A stretch of DNA of 64,000 nucleotides from an uncultured delta proteobacterium (lineage in GTDB: Bacteria; Myxococcota_A; UBA9160; SMWR01), in NCBI GenBank assembly GCA_963832165.1, contig CAWHTE010000002.1, positions 288,001-352,000 on the forward strand, in the 5' to 3' direction. A program made the translations under genes and the position numbers. The notes under the pieces are model-generated. The model saw nothing but the letters and a program-made list of their open reading frames with translations. It had not been told where the DNA came from and ran no database searches. This document shows, piece by piece, positions 39,453-48,906 of the stretch (position 1 is the stretch's first letter; the number at the start of each line of letters is the position of its first letter).

Positions 39453-39490
39453 TTCGCGCCCGTGTCATGCGATCGCCCCGGACTCCTCAC
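39453..39490 (+). promoter_or_regulatory. Pho-box-like array upstream of the TonB receptor
   Basis: TTCGC(39453)-GTCAT(39464)-GCCCC-CTCAC(39486), same architecture as the 39083 array. Confidence 0.55.
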
Positions 39491-39539
39491 GTGAACGCCC
39501 CACCTGGCGCAGAACCTCGCACTAGGGTTTCGCGACTTC

Positions 39540-42500
39540 ATGCGCCCCCATGTGTCGATAGTGTGGCGACGGTGCGGAGACGTCCGCGCGCGGGTCGCGC
39601 TTCGAAGCGCGGTGGTCGCCGCGATCGCGTGGCTCGTGGTGAGCGCGAGCCCACCCGCGATCGCGCAGACGAGCGCAGCGGAAGGGCGCATCGCGGGACG
39701 CGTTACCGATGCCGCGTCGGGCGCGGCCCTCTCCGGAGCGACGATCGTGCTGAGTGCTCCGGGAGCGGGCCAGCTCTTGCGCACGAGCGGCGCGGACGGC
39801 GGCTTCTTGTTCGAGTCCGTGGGTGCGGGCACCTATCGGCTCGACCTCACACTCTGGGGGTACCAGGCTGCGAGCATCGCGCAGCTCACCGTGCAGGCGG
39901 GCCAGGAGATCCGCGCAGACCAGAAGATGTCGGCGCGCCCCGCCGAGGAGTCCGATCGGGTTTCGTCGACCGCTGGCGTCGAGGAGATCGTCGTCCACGG
40001 CGATCCGACCAAGGATCTGCTCAGCTCGATCGAGACGCGTTCGCAGTCCGATCAGCTCGTCAACGTGCTAGGCGCCGAAGACCTCTCGAAGTTCGCGGTC
40101 GTCGACATGGCCGACGCGCTCAAACGCGTCGCGGGCGTGAACGTCGTGGAGGGTCAGTTCGCGATCGTGCGCGGGCTCGAGGACCGCTACAGCAGCACGC
40201 TCTACAACAGCGCTCCGGTGCCGAGCCCCGACCCCGACCGCCAGTCGCCCCAGCTCGATCTGTTTCCGTCCGAGATCGTGAACAGCCTCGTGGTCTCGAA
40301 GACCTTCGGTCAGGAGCTGCCCAGCAACTCGTCGGGTGGCTCGATCGACATCCTCACGCCCGACCGCCACGAAGACGAGCTCGAGGTCTCGATCTCTGCG
40401 AAGACCGGCATCAACGAGAATGCCTACGATCGCTTCATCGAGCTCCGGCCCGGCTCGTCGATCGGAAAAGAGACGGATGGCGTCGACCTGCTCGAGCAGG
40501 AGTTCGGAGGCTACGTCAACGGGCGCACCAGCCTGCGCGGCCGCGAGATCCACTACAAAGCGGTCGCGAACTGGGGCACCGACTACGTCACCGAGGAGGG
40601 GTTCCAGGAGGGGCGACAGCCCGCGGTGCCGGGCAACTCGATCTTCTTCCCCGCCGGCGACCTCTCGTTCGGGCAGCTCGGCCTCAGTGACGGCCGCTTC
40701 GACCTCACCACGAGCGAGGGCGAAGAGCAGATGACCCTGTTCGGGACGTTCGGCTTCGACGTCGACGAGTTCAGCGATCACACGATCGACTTCTCGGCGT
40801 TCTACACGCGCAAGGACATCGACACGGTTCAGCTGCGCGAGTACGGCCATCTGCCCGGGTTCGATTACCCCGCCGTGAAGGCCGCAGTGCAGGCGGACCC
40901 CTTCGAATTCCCCAATTTCTCCCAGTTCCAGTCGAGGGCAACGTTCGACGCGTGGATCGTGAAGAAGGTCGGCCCGCTCGGCGAAACCCCGACGCGGACG
41001 ATCCCCTACTACGCGGCCTTCTTCGACAGCCGCTCCTTCGAATCGCGCCGCGACCTCCAGATCTACCAGATCAACGGCGACCACATCCTCGACCTGCTGA
41101 TCGACGGCCTCCATCTGAGCTGGGTGGGGAACTACGCGACGACGGCGCAGAACGAGAACTCGCTGGGCTCGCGCTTCTCGTTCGAGCCGTGCCGCAACGA
41201 CACCGTCGCTTCGCTGCGCTGCCCCACTGGCGTGACGCCCATCAACCAGAATTTCGACCTGATCCCGGCCTCGTTGCCGGTTCGCGAAGCCGCGCTCGCG
41301 CCCGGCCAGTATCTGGCGCGCAACGGCCTGTTCGGGAACCACAACGACATCGAGGAGGAGCAGTACTTCGGCCGCTTCGACGGCGACTACGAGCTCCTCC
41401 CGGCCCACTGGCTCACCGCGAACCTGAGCTCGGGGCTCTGGTTCGAGCACGCCGAGCGCGATGTGGATTCGAGCTTCCTTTCGGGCGACGGGCTCACGAT
41501 CAACTGCCCCGAGTCGTCTGGGTGCATCGGCACGGGCAGTACGCAGTACGTGATCTTCGCCGATACACCCGAGCAGCTCGGGGCCAGGATCTTCGGCACG
41601 GGTCTCCCGCGCACTACCGACGGCTCCTACGCCAATCAGCGGTCCACGACCAACGAGTCGACGCGGGAGATCCAGGCGATGCACGCCGGCGCCAAGGCGA
41701 CGTTCTGGGGGGACTTCGACCTCCTGGGCGGCGCGCGATTCGAGAACATCTTCATCGAGTCGAAGAACGATCCGTTCGTGCCGGGAGGCTTCTCACCCGA
41801 TCAATCGCCGCTGATCTTCCCGTCGAAGTACTTGTTCTTCGATCGCTTCGACAACCTCGATCGCGAGGGATTCATCCGCAATCCCCCGTTCAACAACGAG
41901 ATCCTGGGCATCGACGTTCCGGCCGGTCCGTGTCGCGACACGGCGGGCAATCCGATCCCCGGCGGCGGCGAGTGCGTCGACCTGATCGACGCCGCGGAGA
42001 TCGGGAGGCTCGTGAACGGCGACATCGACGAGAACAAGGTGCTGCCATCGGCAGGCCTCGCCTATCGCGCGTTCGACTGGCTGACGTTGCGCGGCGCCTA
42101 TTCCCAGACGGTGGCGCGCCCCTCGTTTCGCGAGCTCGGCTACTACGTCTCGGCCGAGCCCGGCACCGACGATCTCTCGATCGGCAATCCCCAGCTCGGA
42201 CTCTCGGACGTGGAGAGCTGGGACGCGCGCGCCGAGTTCGTGTGGGGCAACTACTCGGATCTCTTCGCGGTCAGCGTATTCCAGAAGGACATCGAGGATC
42301 CGATCGAGCAGATCGTGATGCGCGACCCCGGTGTGTTCGAGGACACCGCGACCGACACGTTTCGGACCTTCTTCAACAACCCGAACGAGGCGACGATCCG
42401 CGGCATCGAACTCGAGGCGCGCAAGAATCTCGGCTTCCTGACCTTCGATTGGCTCGAGACCGAGGTGCCGGGCCGCGAGTTCCTGGGTGTACTCGAGTAC

Positions 42501-43004
42501 TTCTCGATCGGAGGCAACTACTCCTTCTTCGACGCCGAGGTGCGCCGCACCGAGGCCGAGCTGGCGCGCTCCGTAGGGTTCTTCGGAAACCCGCTGGGTG
42601 GGGTCCCTTTTCCGGGCCTCGAGCGCAAGCGTCGGCTCTACGCCCAGCCCGAGTGGATCGCCAACGCGGACATCTCGTTCGACCATCTCGGCTGGGGCAC
42701 CAAGGTGACGCTGGCGTATTTCGCGATCAGCGATCTGCTCGACGCCGCTGGTGTGGCCGCGCCGAGCGCGAGCAGCGCAATCGACACGTTCGTGCTCGAC
42801 CGCTACGTGGACTCGTTCGAGCAGCTCGACCTGATCGTGTCCCAGGAGCTCTGGAGAGGCTTGACCGTCAAGCTCACCGTCAAGAACCTCACCGACAGCA
42901 AGCGCGGGATCATCTACGACCCCGAGCAGACGCTGCACCGGGTTGCCGAGCGCGAGTACCGCAGAGGGCGCGACTACGGGCTCTCGCTCCGCTGGACGTT
43001 CTAG
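39540..43004 (+). CDS. TonB-dependent receptor with N-terminal carboxypeptidase-regulatory-like domain
   Basis: GRIAGRVTDAASG, TonB-box-like VEEIVVHG, plug DALKRVAGV..VRGLEDRY..PSPDP..LDLFPS, YSQTVARPSFREL, C-terminal Phe. Start uncertain. Confidence 0.92.
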   Translation: MRPHVSIVWRRCGDVRARVALRSAVVAAIAWLVVSASPPAIAQTSAAEGRIAGRVTDAASGAALSGATIVLSAPGAGQLLRTSGADGGFLFESVGAGTYRLDLTLWGYQAASIAQLTVQAGQEIRADQKMSARPAEESDRVSSTAGVEEIVVHGDPTKDLLSSIETRSQSDQLVNVLGAEDLSKFAVVDMADALKRVAGVNVVEGQFAIVRGLEDRYSSTLYNSAPVPSPDPDRQSPQLDLFPSEIVNSLVVSKTFGQELPSNSSGGSIDILTPDRHEDELEVSISAKTGINENAYDRFIELRPGSSIGKETDGVDLLEQEFGGYVNGRTSLRGREIHYKAVANWGTDYVTEEGFQEGRQPAVPGNSIFFPAGDLSFGQLGLSDGRFDLTTSEGEEQMTLFGTFGFDVDEFSDHTIDFSAFYTRKDIDTVQLREYGHLPGFDYPAVKAAVQADPFEFPNFSQFQSRATFDAWIVKKVGPLGETPTRTIPYYAAFFDSRSFESRRDLQIYQINGDHILDLLIDGLHLSWVGNYATTAQNENSLGSRFSFEPCRNDTVASLRCPTGVTPINQNFDLIPASLPVREAALAPGQYLARNGLFGNHNDIEEEQYFGRFDGDYELLPAHWLTANLSSGLWFEHAERDVDSSFLSGDGLTINCPESSGCIGTGSTQYVIFADTPEQLGARIFGTGLPRTTDGSYANQRSTTNESTREIQAMHAGAKATFWGDFDLLGGARFENIFIESKNDPFVPGGFSPDQSPLIFPSKYLFFDRFDNLDREGFIRNPPFNNEILGIDVPAGPCRDTAGNPIPGGGECVDLIDAAEIGRLVNGDIDENKVLPSAGLAYRAFDWLTLRGAYSQTVARPSFRELGYYVSAEPGTDDLSIGNPQLGLSDVESWDARAEFVWGNYSDLFAVSVFQKDIEDPIEQIVMRDPGVFEDTATDTFRTFFNNPNEATIRGIELEARKNLGFLTFDWLETEVPGREFLGVLEYFSIGGNYSFFDAEVRRTEAELARSVGFFGNPLGGVPFPGLERKRRLYAQPEWIANADISFDHLGWGTKVTLAYFAISDLLDAAGVAAPSASSAIDTFVLDRYVDSFEQLDLIVSQELWRGLTVKLTVKNLTDSKRGIIYDPEQTLHRVAEREYRRGRDYGLSLRWTF

Positions 43005-43035
43005 CGCTCCTCGACGGAGCCGGCCCCCACAGGGC

Positions 43036-43095
43036 GGCACCAACAGTCCACGCGTCCTGCACGAGAACGTCACGGTTTTGCGGCCGACCAGTCAT
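43036..43095 (+). promoter_or_regulatory. Pho-box-like array upstream of the secreted beta-helix protein
   Basis: GGCAC(43036)-TCCAC-TGCAC-GTCAC(43069)-x-GTCAT(43091), 11-bp period. Confidence 0.6.
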
Positions 43096-43211
43096 TTCGG
43101 GCTGCGAACTTGCCGCCGCCGCAACCGGGTTCTTTGGCCCGCGCTGGCTCCCGTTCCTGTAGCAACGCAATCACCAGGGATCGAAACCACACAATGATGG
43201 GGCAGTTAGTC

Positions 43212-44981
43212 ATGCGAAGAGTTCTCCCCTTCCTGTCCGCTCTCGCGCTGGCCTGGGTCGGCGTCGCCGGCAGCGCGAACGCGCAGACGTGCACCACGAC
43301 GGTCGGCGTCGACGACGCGAACGCCGCCAATGACATCATCAACACCAGCACCACCTGGAGCGGTACGGTCTGCCTCGAGGCGCCGATCTTCGTGAACGTG
43401 GGCGCCGTGCTGACGATCCAGCCGGGCACGATCGTGCGCGGCCAGCCGCGACAGGCCGTTGCGGGAGCCCTTCCGGGATCACCGGGCGCGCTCGTCGTGA
43501 CCCAGGGCGCCAAGATCATCGCCGACGGCAGCCCGCAGGCCCCGATCGTCATGACGACCGGCGCCATGGACAACGACAGCGACGGTGTCTGCGACAACTT
43601 CGACGCCGACGCGTTCCTCGACGACTACCCCGGCTACGATCCGGCGTCCCTGCCGGCGCTCGTCGCCGATGCGACGCCGACGTTCTGCGACGACACTCCG
43701 ACCACGGCGCCGATGCCGCCGCTCAACGCGAACGGCGTTCAGAACGTCTCGATGTGGGGCGGGTTCGTGTTGCTGGGCCGCGCTCCGACCAACCTCGCCA
43801 ACGAGCAGGCCACGCCGAGTGGTCACGGCACCGGATTCCTCGAGGGCGTCACGCTTCCGGGCGTAACCCCGAACGACGCGGTCTGCGGTGGCGTGGAGCC
43901 GCACGACTCGTCCGGCATCGTCCGCTACGTCTCCGTGCGCCACGCAGGGGACGAGCTCGGCGCCGGAAACGAGCTGAACGGCGTGACGCTGTGCGGCGTC
44001 GGCGACAATACGATCTTCGAGTTCAACGAGGTCTACGCGAACTTCGACGACGGCTTCGAGTGGTTCGGCGGCACCGTGCACGCCAACCACCTCGTGGTGA
44101 CCTACGTGGGCGACGACCTGCTCGACATCGACTGGGGCTACACGGGCTCGATCCAGTTCGCGTTCACGCTGGCGACGTTCTTCAACCAGGACGGCGGCGC
44201 TGTGTTCGGATCGCTCGGTGGCGACAAGCAGGGCGAGCTCGACGGCGATGACTACCTCAACAACGACAACACGAACATCGACAGGAACGTCAACGTGCGC
44301 ACGGCCTACTCGGCCGCGGTATTCGCGGGCGATGCACTCGCGCAGGCGGTGGACTCGCGCGAGAAGACGCCGTGGCCGCTCTCGGGCGCGTACATCGCCA
44401 ACTGGACCGGCATCGGTGCCGTACCGGACGGGGGAAACCCGGCCGTCGCGCCCTCCACGGGCCCGCGGCTCGGCGTGCAGATGCGCCAGGGCTTCGCAGG
44501 CCAGGTGGTGAACAGCGTGTTCGTGAACACCTCGAACCCGTGCCACGTGGTGAGCACGAGCACGGGACAGGCACCGGCCGGGCACGACGCGACCACGCAC
44601 GTCACGCTGGGCCTCGCGCGCTGGATCACCAACTCGTGTGACGGCTCGTCCGCGCTCGCGGCGGGCGTCGGTGCCGCTACGGGTTCGGCCGACCAGGGCG
44701 ACACGTTCTCGCAGTTCGACACGGGCGCAACGGCCTGCGCGCTGAACATCCGCGCCACGGGCGGCGGCTTCGCGGGCCTCGTCGACGAGAACCCGAACTT
44801 CAATGCGAAGACGCTCACGGGCGGTGGCTACGACCCGCGTCCGGCCGGAGCGGGTGCGGATTGCGGCGTGACGCCGCGGCTTCCGGGGCTCGACCGCGTG
44901 AACTACCGCGGCGCGTTCGTCGCGGGGGCGCCGCTGTGGACCGACGGCTGGACGGTGCTCGACCAGGCGGGCGCGCTCTGA
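43212..44981 (+). CDS. Secreted probable beta-helix protein of the family found beside TonB receptors
   Basis: Signal peptide (SANA|Q); LTIQPGT, GSPQAPIVMT, WGGFVLLGRAP, DSSGIVRYV, NELNGVTL, DDGFEWFGGTV, YRGAF..WTDGWT. Confidence 0.78.
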   Translation: MRRVLPFLSALALAWVGVAGSANAQTCTTTVGVDDANAANDIINTSTTWSGTVCLEAPIFVNVGAVLTIQPGTIVRGQPRQAVAGALPGSPGALVVTQGAKIIADGSPQAPIVMTTGAMDNDSDGVCDNFDADAFLDDYPGYDPASLPALVADATPTFCDDTPTTAPMPPLNANGVQNVSMWGGFVLLGRAPTNLANEQATPSGHGTGFLEGVTLPGVTPNDAVCGGVEPHDSSGIVRYVSVRHAGDELGAGNELNGVTLCGVGDNTIFEFNEVYANFDDGFEWFGGTVHANHLVVTYVGDDLLDIDWGYTGSIQFAFTLATFFNQDGGAVFGSLGGDKQGELDGDDYLNNDNTNIDRNVNVRTAYSAAVFAGDALAQAVDSREKTPWPLSGAYIANWTGIGAVPDGGNPAVAPSTGPRLGVQMRQGFAGQVVNSVFVNTSNPCHVVSTSTGQAPAGHDATTHVTLGLARWITNSCDGSSALAAGVGAATGSADQGDTFSQFDTGATACALNIRATGGGFAGLVDENPNFNAKTLTGGGYDPRPAGAGADCGVTPRLPGLDRVNYRGAFVAGAPLWTDGWTVLDQAGAL

Positions 44982-45028
44982 GAGCTGCGCAGCCATCGCG
45001 TCACAACCCCAATTCAAGGTGAAACGAC

Positions 45029-45919
45029 ATGAACAGAAAACTGCGCGTGATCGCTCCGCTCGTCGCCGTCGCGGTGCTCGCGGCCGTCTCGGCGAGCGCG
45101 GCGGAGGTCGCCGCGGGTTGGGACTTCTCCCAGTACCGCGGCAACAACAGTCTGGCTCCGCTCGGGAGCACCCTCCCCGCGAACTACTCGGATTCCGATC
45201 CGACGTTCAACGCGGGTAGCGGTTCGGCGACATTCGGGACGCTCTACTTCGATGGAACGAACGGGTCGAGCTCCACGAGCACGGCCTTCCTGCCGACGGC
45301 GGGCACGATGAACTGCCAGCGCCTTCCGGTCGGTGGACCGCTCAAGCCTTCGGGCTGCGCGACCCCGAACGTCGACGGTCCGATCCGGTCGAACAAGCAC
45401 GAGGCCTGGTCGGATCCCGGTGAGGTCTCGTTCGACGCTCACTCCGTCTTGCGGTCCGAGGGGCAGCAGTATCAGAACCTGCTCGCGATGACCGCAAACG
45501 ACAACGTGAGCGTGGTGTTCAAGGCCGACCTCGGCGCCGGCAACACGGGAAGCGGCTGGGGCGTGAGCTTCGGCGGCAAGACGTTCACGGGGACGGGCGA
45601 CAGCGGCGGACCGCTCTCGTGCGATCCCGCAGGCGCGAGCCAGTGCAGCACGAGCATCGGCATCGAGCACTCGACGGATGGCGTGAGCTACGCGAGCGCC
45701 GGCTCCGTGCAGCTCACGTCTGCGGATGCCCGCTATCAGGTCGCGGTGGGGGCGGGGTCCAGCCAGGCCAAGTACGTCCGCCTGAACCTCGCGCCGGGCG
45801 GCGGCGGAGCCCAGCCGATGATCGACAACGTGGCGATCACGCTTCCCGAAGCGGGATCGACGGTGATGTTGCTCTCCGGAACGCTGATGATCCTGTTCCT
45901 GCGGCGACGCAGCTGCTGA
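45029..45919 (+). CDS. Surface protein with PEP-CTERM-like sorting signal
   Basis: Signal peptide; C-terminal TLPEAG + hydrophobic helix + RRR. Confidence 0.75.
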   Translation: MNRKLRVIAPLVAVAVLAAVSASAAEVAAGWDFSQYRGNNSLAPLGSTLPANYSDSDPTFNAGSGSATFGTLYFDGTNGSSSTSTAFLPTAGTMNCQRLPVGGPLKPSGCATPNVDGPIRSNKHEAWSDPGEVSFDAHSVLRSEGQQYQNLLAMTANDNVSVVFKADLGAGNTGSGWGVSFGGKTFTGTGDSGGPLSCDPAGASQCSTSIGIEHSTDGVSYASAGSVQLTSADARYQVAVGAGSSQAKYVRLNLAPGGGGAQPMIDNVAITLPEAGSTVMLLSGTLMILFLRRRSC

Positions 45920-45943
45920 GCGGAATGGAACCGGAGTGATTGC

Positions 45944-45982
45944 GGAGCCGCCACCTCCTCGGAGGTGGCGGCTCCCTTTCTT
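45944..45982 (+). terminator. Rho-independent terminator
   Basis: Inverted repeat GGAGCCGCCACCTCC / GGAGGTGGCGGCTCC followed by CTTTCTT. Confidence 0.8.
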
Positions 45983-46006
45983 CTCACCGACCTTCTCGCG
46001 CCACCA

Positions 46007-46780
46007 ATGCGCCCCTCCCTGTTTGCCCTCCTGCCGCTGCTCCTGATCCTCGGAGCTACCGCGGGTGACGGTTCGCCCGTCACCGCCGCGAACCTGCTCG
46101 AGCGCGAGCGCTTCTGGCCGTACCGCATCGTGTTGACCGAGGCCTGGCGACCGCCAGGGCGTGAGGCACCGCTGACCGCCGGAACGCTAGGTGTGCTGAT
46201 CCGCGTCGAGCGAGGCGGCGCTGCGCGGATCGACTTCTCAGCCGATGGGAAGTACGAGGTCCCCGTCGAGAAGACCGATCTCGTCGAGAATGCCAATCGC
46301 ATCCGGCGCGGTGAGCTCGCCAAGAGCGAGCCCAATTTCATCCACGCGATCGCGACGAGACTCGTCGACTCTGCTGCCGATTCGCTCGCGGGCCTGCCCC
46401 CGGAGCGTGTCGCCGGGCGCCCGGGATTTCTCTGTGTGTTCGCGGATCCGAGTGCGAAGGAGTTCGGCGATCTCGTTGCGGCGCTGCGGCCGCTCAATGA
46501 CCGACACCGGGTGATGACGATTCTCTTCGCGCAAGGCGCCCACCCGGACGAGGAGCTGCGCGAACGCCTGCGCTCGCTCGGATGGACCGTGCCCTTCGTC
46601 TACGACTTTCTCGCGGAGCCATACACGCGCACGCTGCTCGCGGAGAACACTGCGTTCCCGGCCCTGCTGCTCCAGACGGACGAAGGGCGCGTGATCGACC
46701 AGCAAGCGGGGGGGCCAGACGCAGAGCCGAAGCTCCGCGCGGCGCTCGACGCAGCGTTTGGAGGGAGTTCGAAACCATGA
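46007..46780 (+). CDS. Exported hypothetical protein
   Basis: Signal-like MRPSLFALLPLLLILGATAG; GC3-biased ORF; overlaps the next start codon. Confidence 0.65.
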   Translation: MRPSLFALLPLLLILGATAGDGSPVTAANLLERERFWPYRIVLTEAWRPPGREAPLTAGTLGVLIRVERGGAARIDFSADGKYEVPVEKTDLVENANRIRRGELAKSEPNFIHAIATRLVDSAADSLAGLPPERVAGRPGFLCVFADPSAKEFGDLVAALRPLNDRHRVMTILFAQGAHPDEELRERLRSLGWTVPFVYDFLAEPYTRTLLAENTAFPALLLQTDEGRVIDQQAGGPDAEPKLRAALDAAFGGSSKP

Positions 46781-47298
46781 AGGCTCATGTCGCGGGCTCG
46801 CTGCTCGCGCTTCTGGTCGCGGTGCTCGGATGTGCGGCATCCACTCCATGCACCGAGGTAGTGCGCAATCCGGCCCAGCTGCTCGAGGCCGCGAACGCGG
46901 CGATCGCGGAAAACGACCTCGAGCTCGCCTATCGCTATGTCGCGTTGATCCATGTCCTGCACCCCGAGAGCACGCAGAACCGCGACACGTTCCCGCTCGC
47001 GGCGCGGCTGTTCCACAAGAACTACGCGCGGCATCGCTACGAGGTCGACTCGACCTGGGTGAGGTCGGAGCCGCGCTTCATGATCTCGTGGCTCGCGGGC
47101 TTCTTCGAGGACGACAAGGAATTCCCGCAGGAGTCGGTGGATGGGCTGTTGCTGGGCGCGAACTACGGCCTGTTTCGCGAGTTCGTGGCGTATGCGCAGA
47201 GCCACCCTCGGCTCTCGCAGTGGGTCGTGACCGCCAGCGACGACAACGGGATCGTCCAGGAGATTCGCGCGGTTCCCGCGGCTCGACCGGGTCCCTGA
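46777..47298 (+). CDS. Hypothetical lipoprotein
   Basis: MKAHVAGSLLALLVAVLGC lipobox; ATGA overlap. Confidence 0.65.
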   Translation: MKAHVAGSLLALLVAVLGCAASTPCTEVVRNPAQLLEAANAAIAENDLELAYRYVALIHVLHPESTQNRDTFPLAARLFHKNYARHRYEVDSTWVRSEPRFMISWLAGFFEDDKEFPQESVDGLLLGANYGLFREFVAYAQSHPRLSQWVVTASDDNGIVQEIRAVPAARPGP

Positions 47299-47332
47299 CC
47301 CCTCATCGAATCGACTCGATCGCGCCTTTTTC

Positions 47333-47348
47333 TTCACACATTCGTCAC
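47333..47348 (+). promoter_or_regulatory. Pho-box-like pair upstream of the porin
   Basis: TTCAC(47333)-N6-GTCAC(47344). Confidence 0.6.
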
Positions 47349-47441
47349 AGAGACGACCCGAATCCTTGCGCGCGCGTAGATAGCGTTCGGCGACTTCGGA
47401 CCCCCGAAGCGCTCCACACGAACATCCGAAGGAGGCCATTC

Positions 47442-48788
47442 GTGAAGGCGATCGTGTGCTCGTTCCGGACCGTGGCTCTCGTGATCCTGGTCGTTGCGGC
47501 GATCCCCGCACCAGCTCTGGCGGAGGACAAGGACCCGACGCTGTCCGAGATCGTGAACATCCTGCACGAGAAGGGTCTGATCGACGACGAAGAGCACGAG
47601 GCGCTCGCGGCCAAGGCGTCCAAAGAGCATGCAAAGGACAGCTGGGCTGATCGGATCAACGTGTTCGGCGACCTGCGCGGGCGCATGGAGATGTACGACT
47701 ACGAGAAGGACATCTACACCCAATCGACGGGTGCGAGTCTCAACGACCGCTATCGCGCCCGCTACCGCGCGCGTCTAGGCGTGAACGCGAAGGTGGTGAG
47801 CCGAGCGTCGGTGACGCTCGGTCTCGCGAGCGGCGGCGCCGACCCGCGCAGCGCGAACCAGACGCTCGGCAGCGGAACCGACTTCGACAAGGACGAGATC
47901 CGGCTCGACCTCGCGTACGCCACGATCTCGCCGTTCGCCGACGGCGTGCTGCCGGGAATCGAGGGCGGCTATCTCGGCATCGACATCGGCAAGGTGAAGA
48001 ATCCGTTCATCTGGAAGCAGCTCGGCCTCGACAACCTGCTCGTCGACAACGACCTCAATCCCGAGGGTGCGAACCTGCGCATCACGGGCGGTGCCGGTCC
48101 GGTGATGATGTTCGCCAACGGTGGCGTCTACGTGATCGACGAGAACTCCGTGTCGAAGGATCCGATGTACGCGGGGGGCCAGCTCGGCGGATCTGCGAAG
48201 CTCGCCGACTGGGCCTCCCTCGGCGCGCGCGGGACGCTCTACCACTTCTTCTCGCTCGACGACGACTTCTTCGCGCGCGGGGCGACGAACCTCGCGAATC
48301 CCGGCGGAACCGGCGGCAACATCATCGACGGCCTGTCGCGGCGGAATGGCTCGATCCAGGTCGCCGAGACGTCCGCGTTCGTCACACTCGTGCCGCACGC
48401 GCTGGTCCCAGTGACCTTCTACGGAACGTTTGCCACCAACCTCTCCGCGCGCAATTCGCTGATCGCCACCACCGTCGGTCGCGAGGCGGACGCCTGGACG
48501 TTGGGCTTGTTCGTGGGCGACAAGGTGACACTGCTCCGCGTCGGAGGTGCGATCTACTACGTCGAGGCGAACGCGATGCCTTCGATGTTCCTCGACAGCG
48601 ACACCCTCGACGGATTCTCGAACCGCAAGGGCTACGCGGCGACCATCGAGCGCCAGCTGTTCGAGGGTGTCGACCTCCGGCTGGCGGGCTTCTTGTCGGA
48701 TCGGATCGAGGGCGGAACCGCGTTCGCCAACTCGGGACCCTCGTCCGAGCGCTTCCGCGGCCAGGCCGACCTGATTTTCAAGTTCTGA
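47442..48788 (+). CDS. Putative outer-membrane porin (probably phosphate-related)
   Basis: RBS AAGGAGG; ILHEKGLI, WADRINVFGDLRGR, RYRARLG, DPRSANQTLG, DLNPEG, C-terminal QADLIFKF. Confidence 0.8.
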   Translation: MKAIVCSFRTVALVILVVAAIPAPALAEDKDPTLSEIVNILHEKGLIDDEEHEALAAKASKEHAKDSWADRINVFGDLRGRMEMYDYEKDIYTQSTGASLNDRYRARYRARLGVNAKVVSRASVTLGLASGGADPRSANQTLGSGTDFDKDEIRLDLAYATISPFADGVLPGIEGGYLGIDIGKVKNPFIWKQLGLDNLLVDNDLNPEGANLRITGGAGPVMMFANGGVYVIDENSVSKDPMYAGGQLGGSAKLADWASLGARGTLYHFFSLDDDFFARGATNLANPGGTGGNIIDGLSRRNGSIQVAETSAFVTLVPHALVPVTFYGTFATNLSARNSLIATTVGREADAWTLGLFVGDKVTLLRVGGAIYYVEANAMPSMFLDSDTLDGFSNRKGYAATIERQLFEGVDLRLAGFLSDRIEGGTAFANSGPSSERFRGQADLIFKF

Positions 48789-48809
48789 GTCTGGCGGAGC
48801 GCGCGGTCG

Positions 48810-48847
48810 TTCACCGTCACGTCACGTGATCGTGCGATATCGGTCAT
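48810..48847 (+). promoter_or_regulatory. Pho box array of pstS
   Basis: TTCAC(48810)-GTCAC(48821)-x-GTCAT(48843), 11-bp period. Confidence 0.7.
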
Positions 48848-48906
48848 GTGCCCTGCCTAGAGTCGACTCGCTTCTCGTCCACCATCGACCAACAGGGAGG
48901 GGGAAA

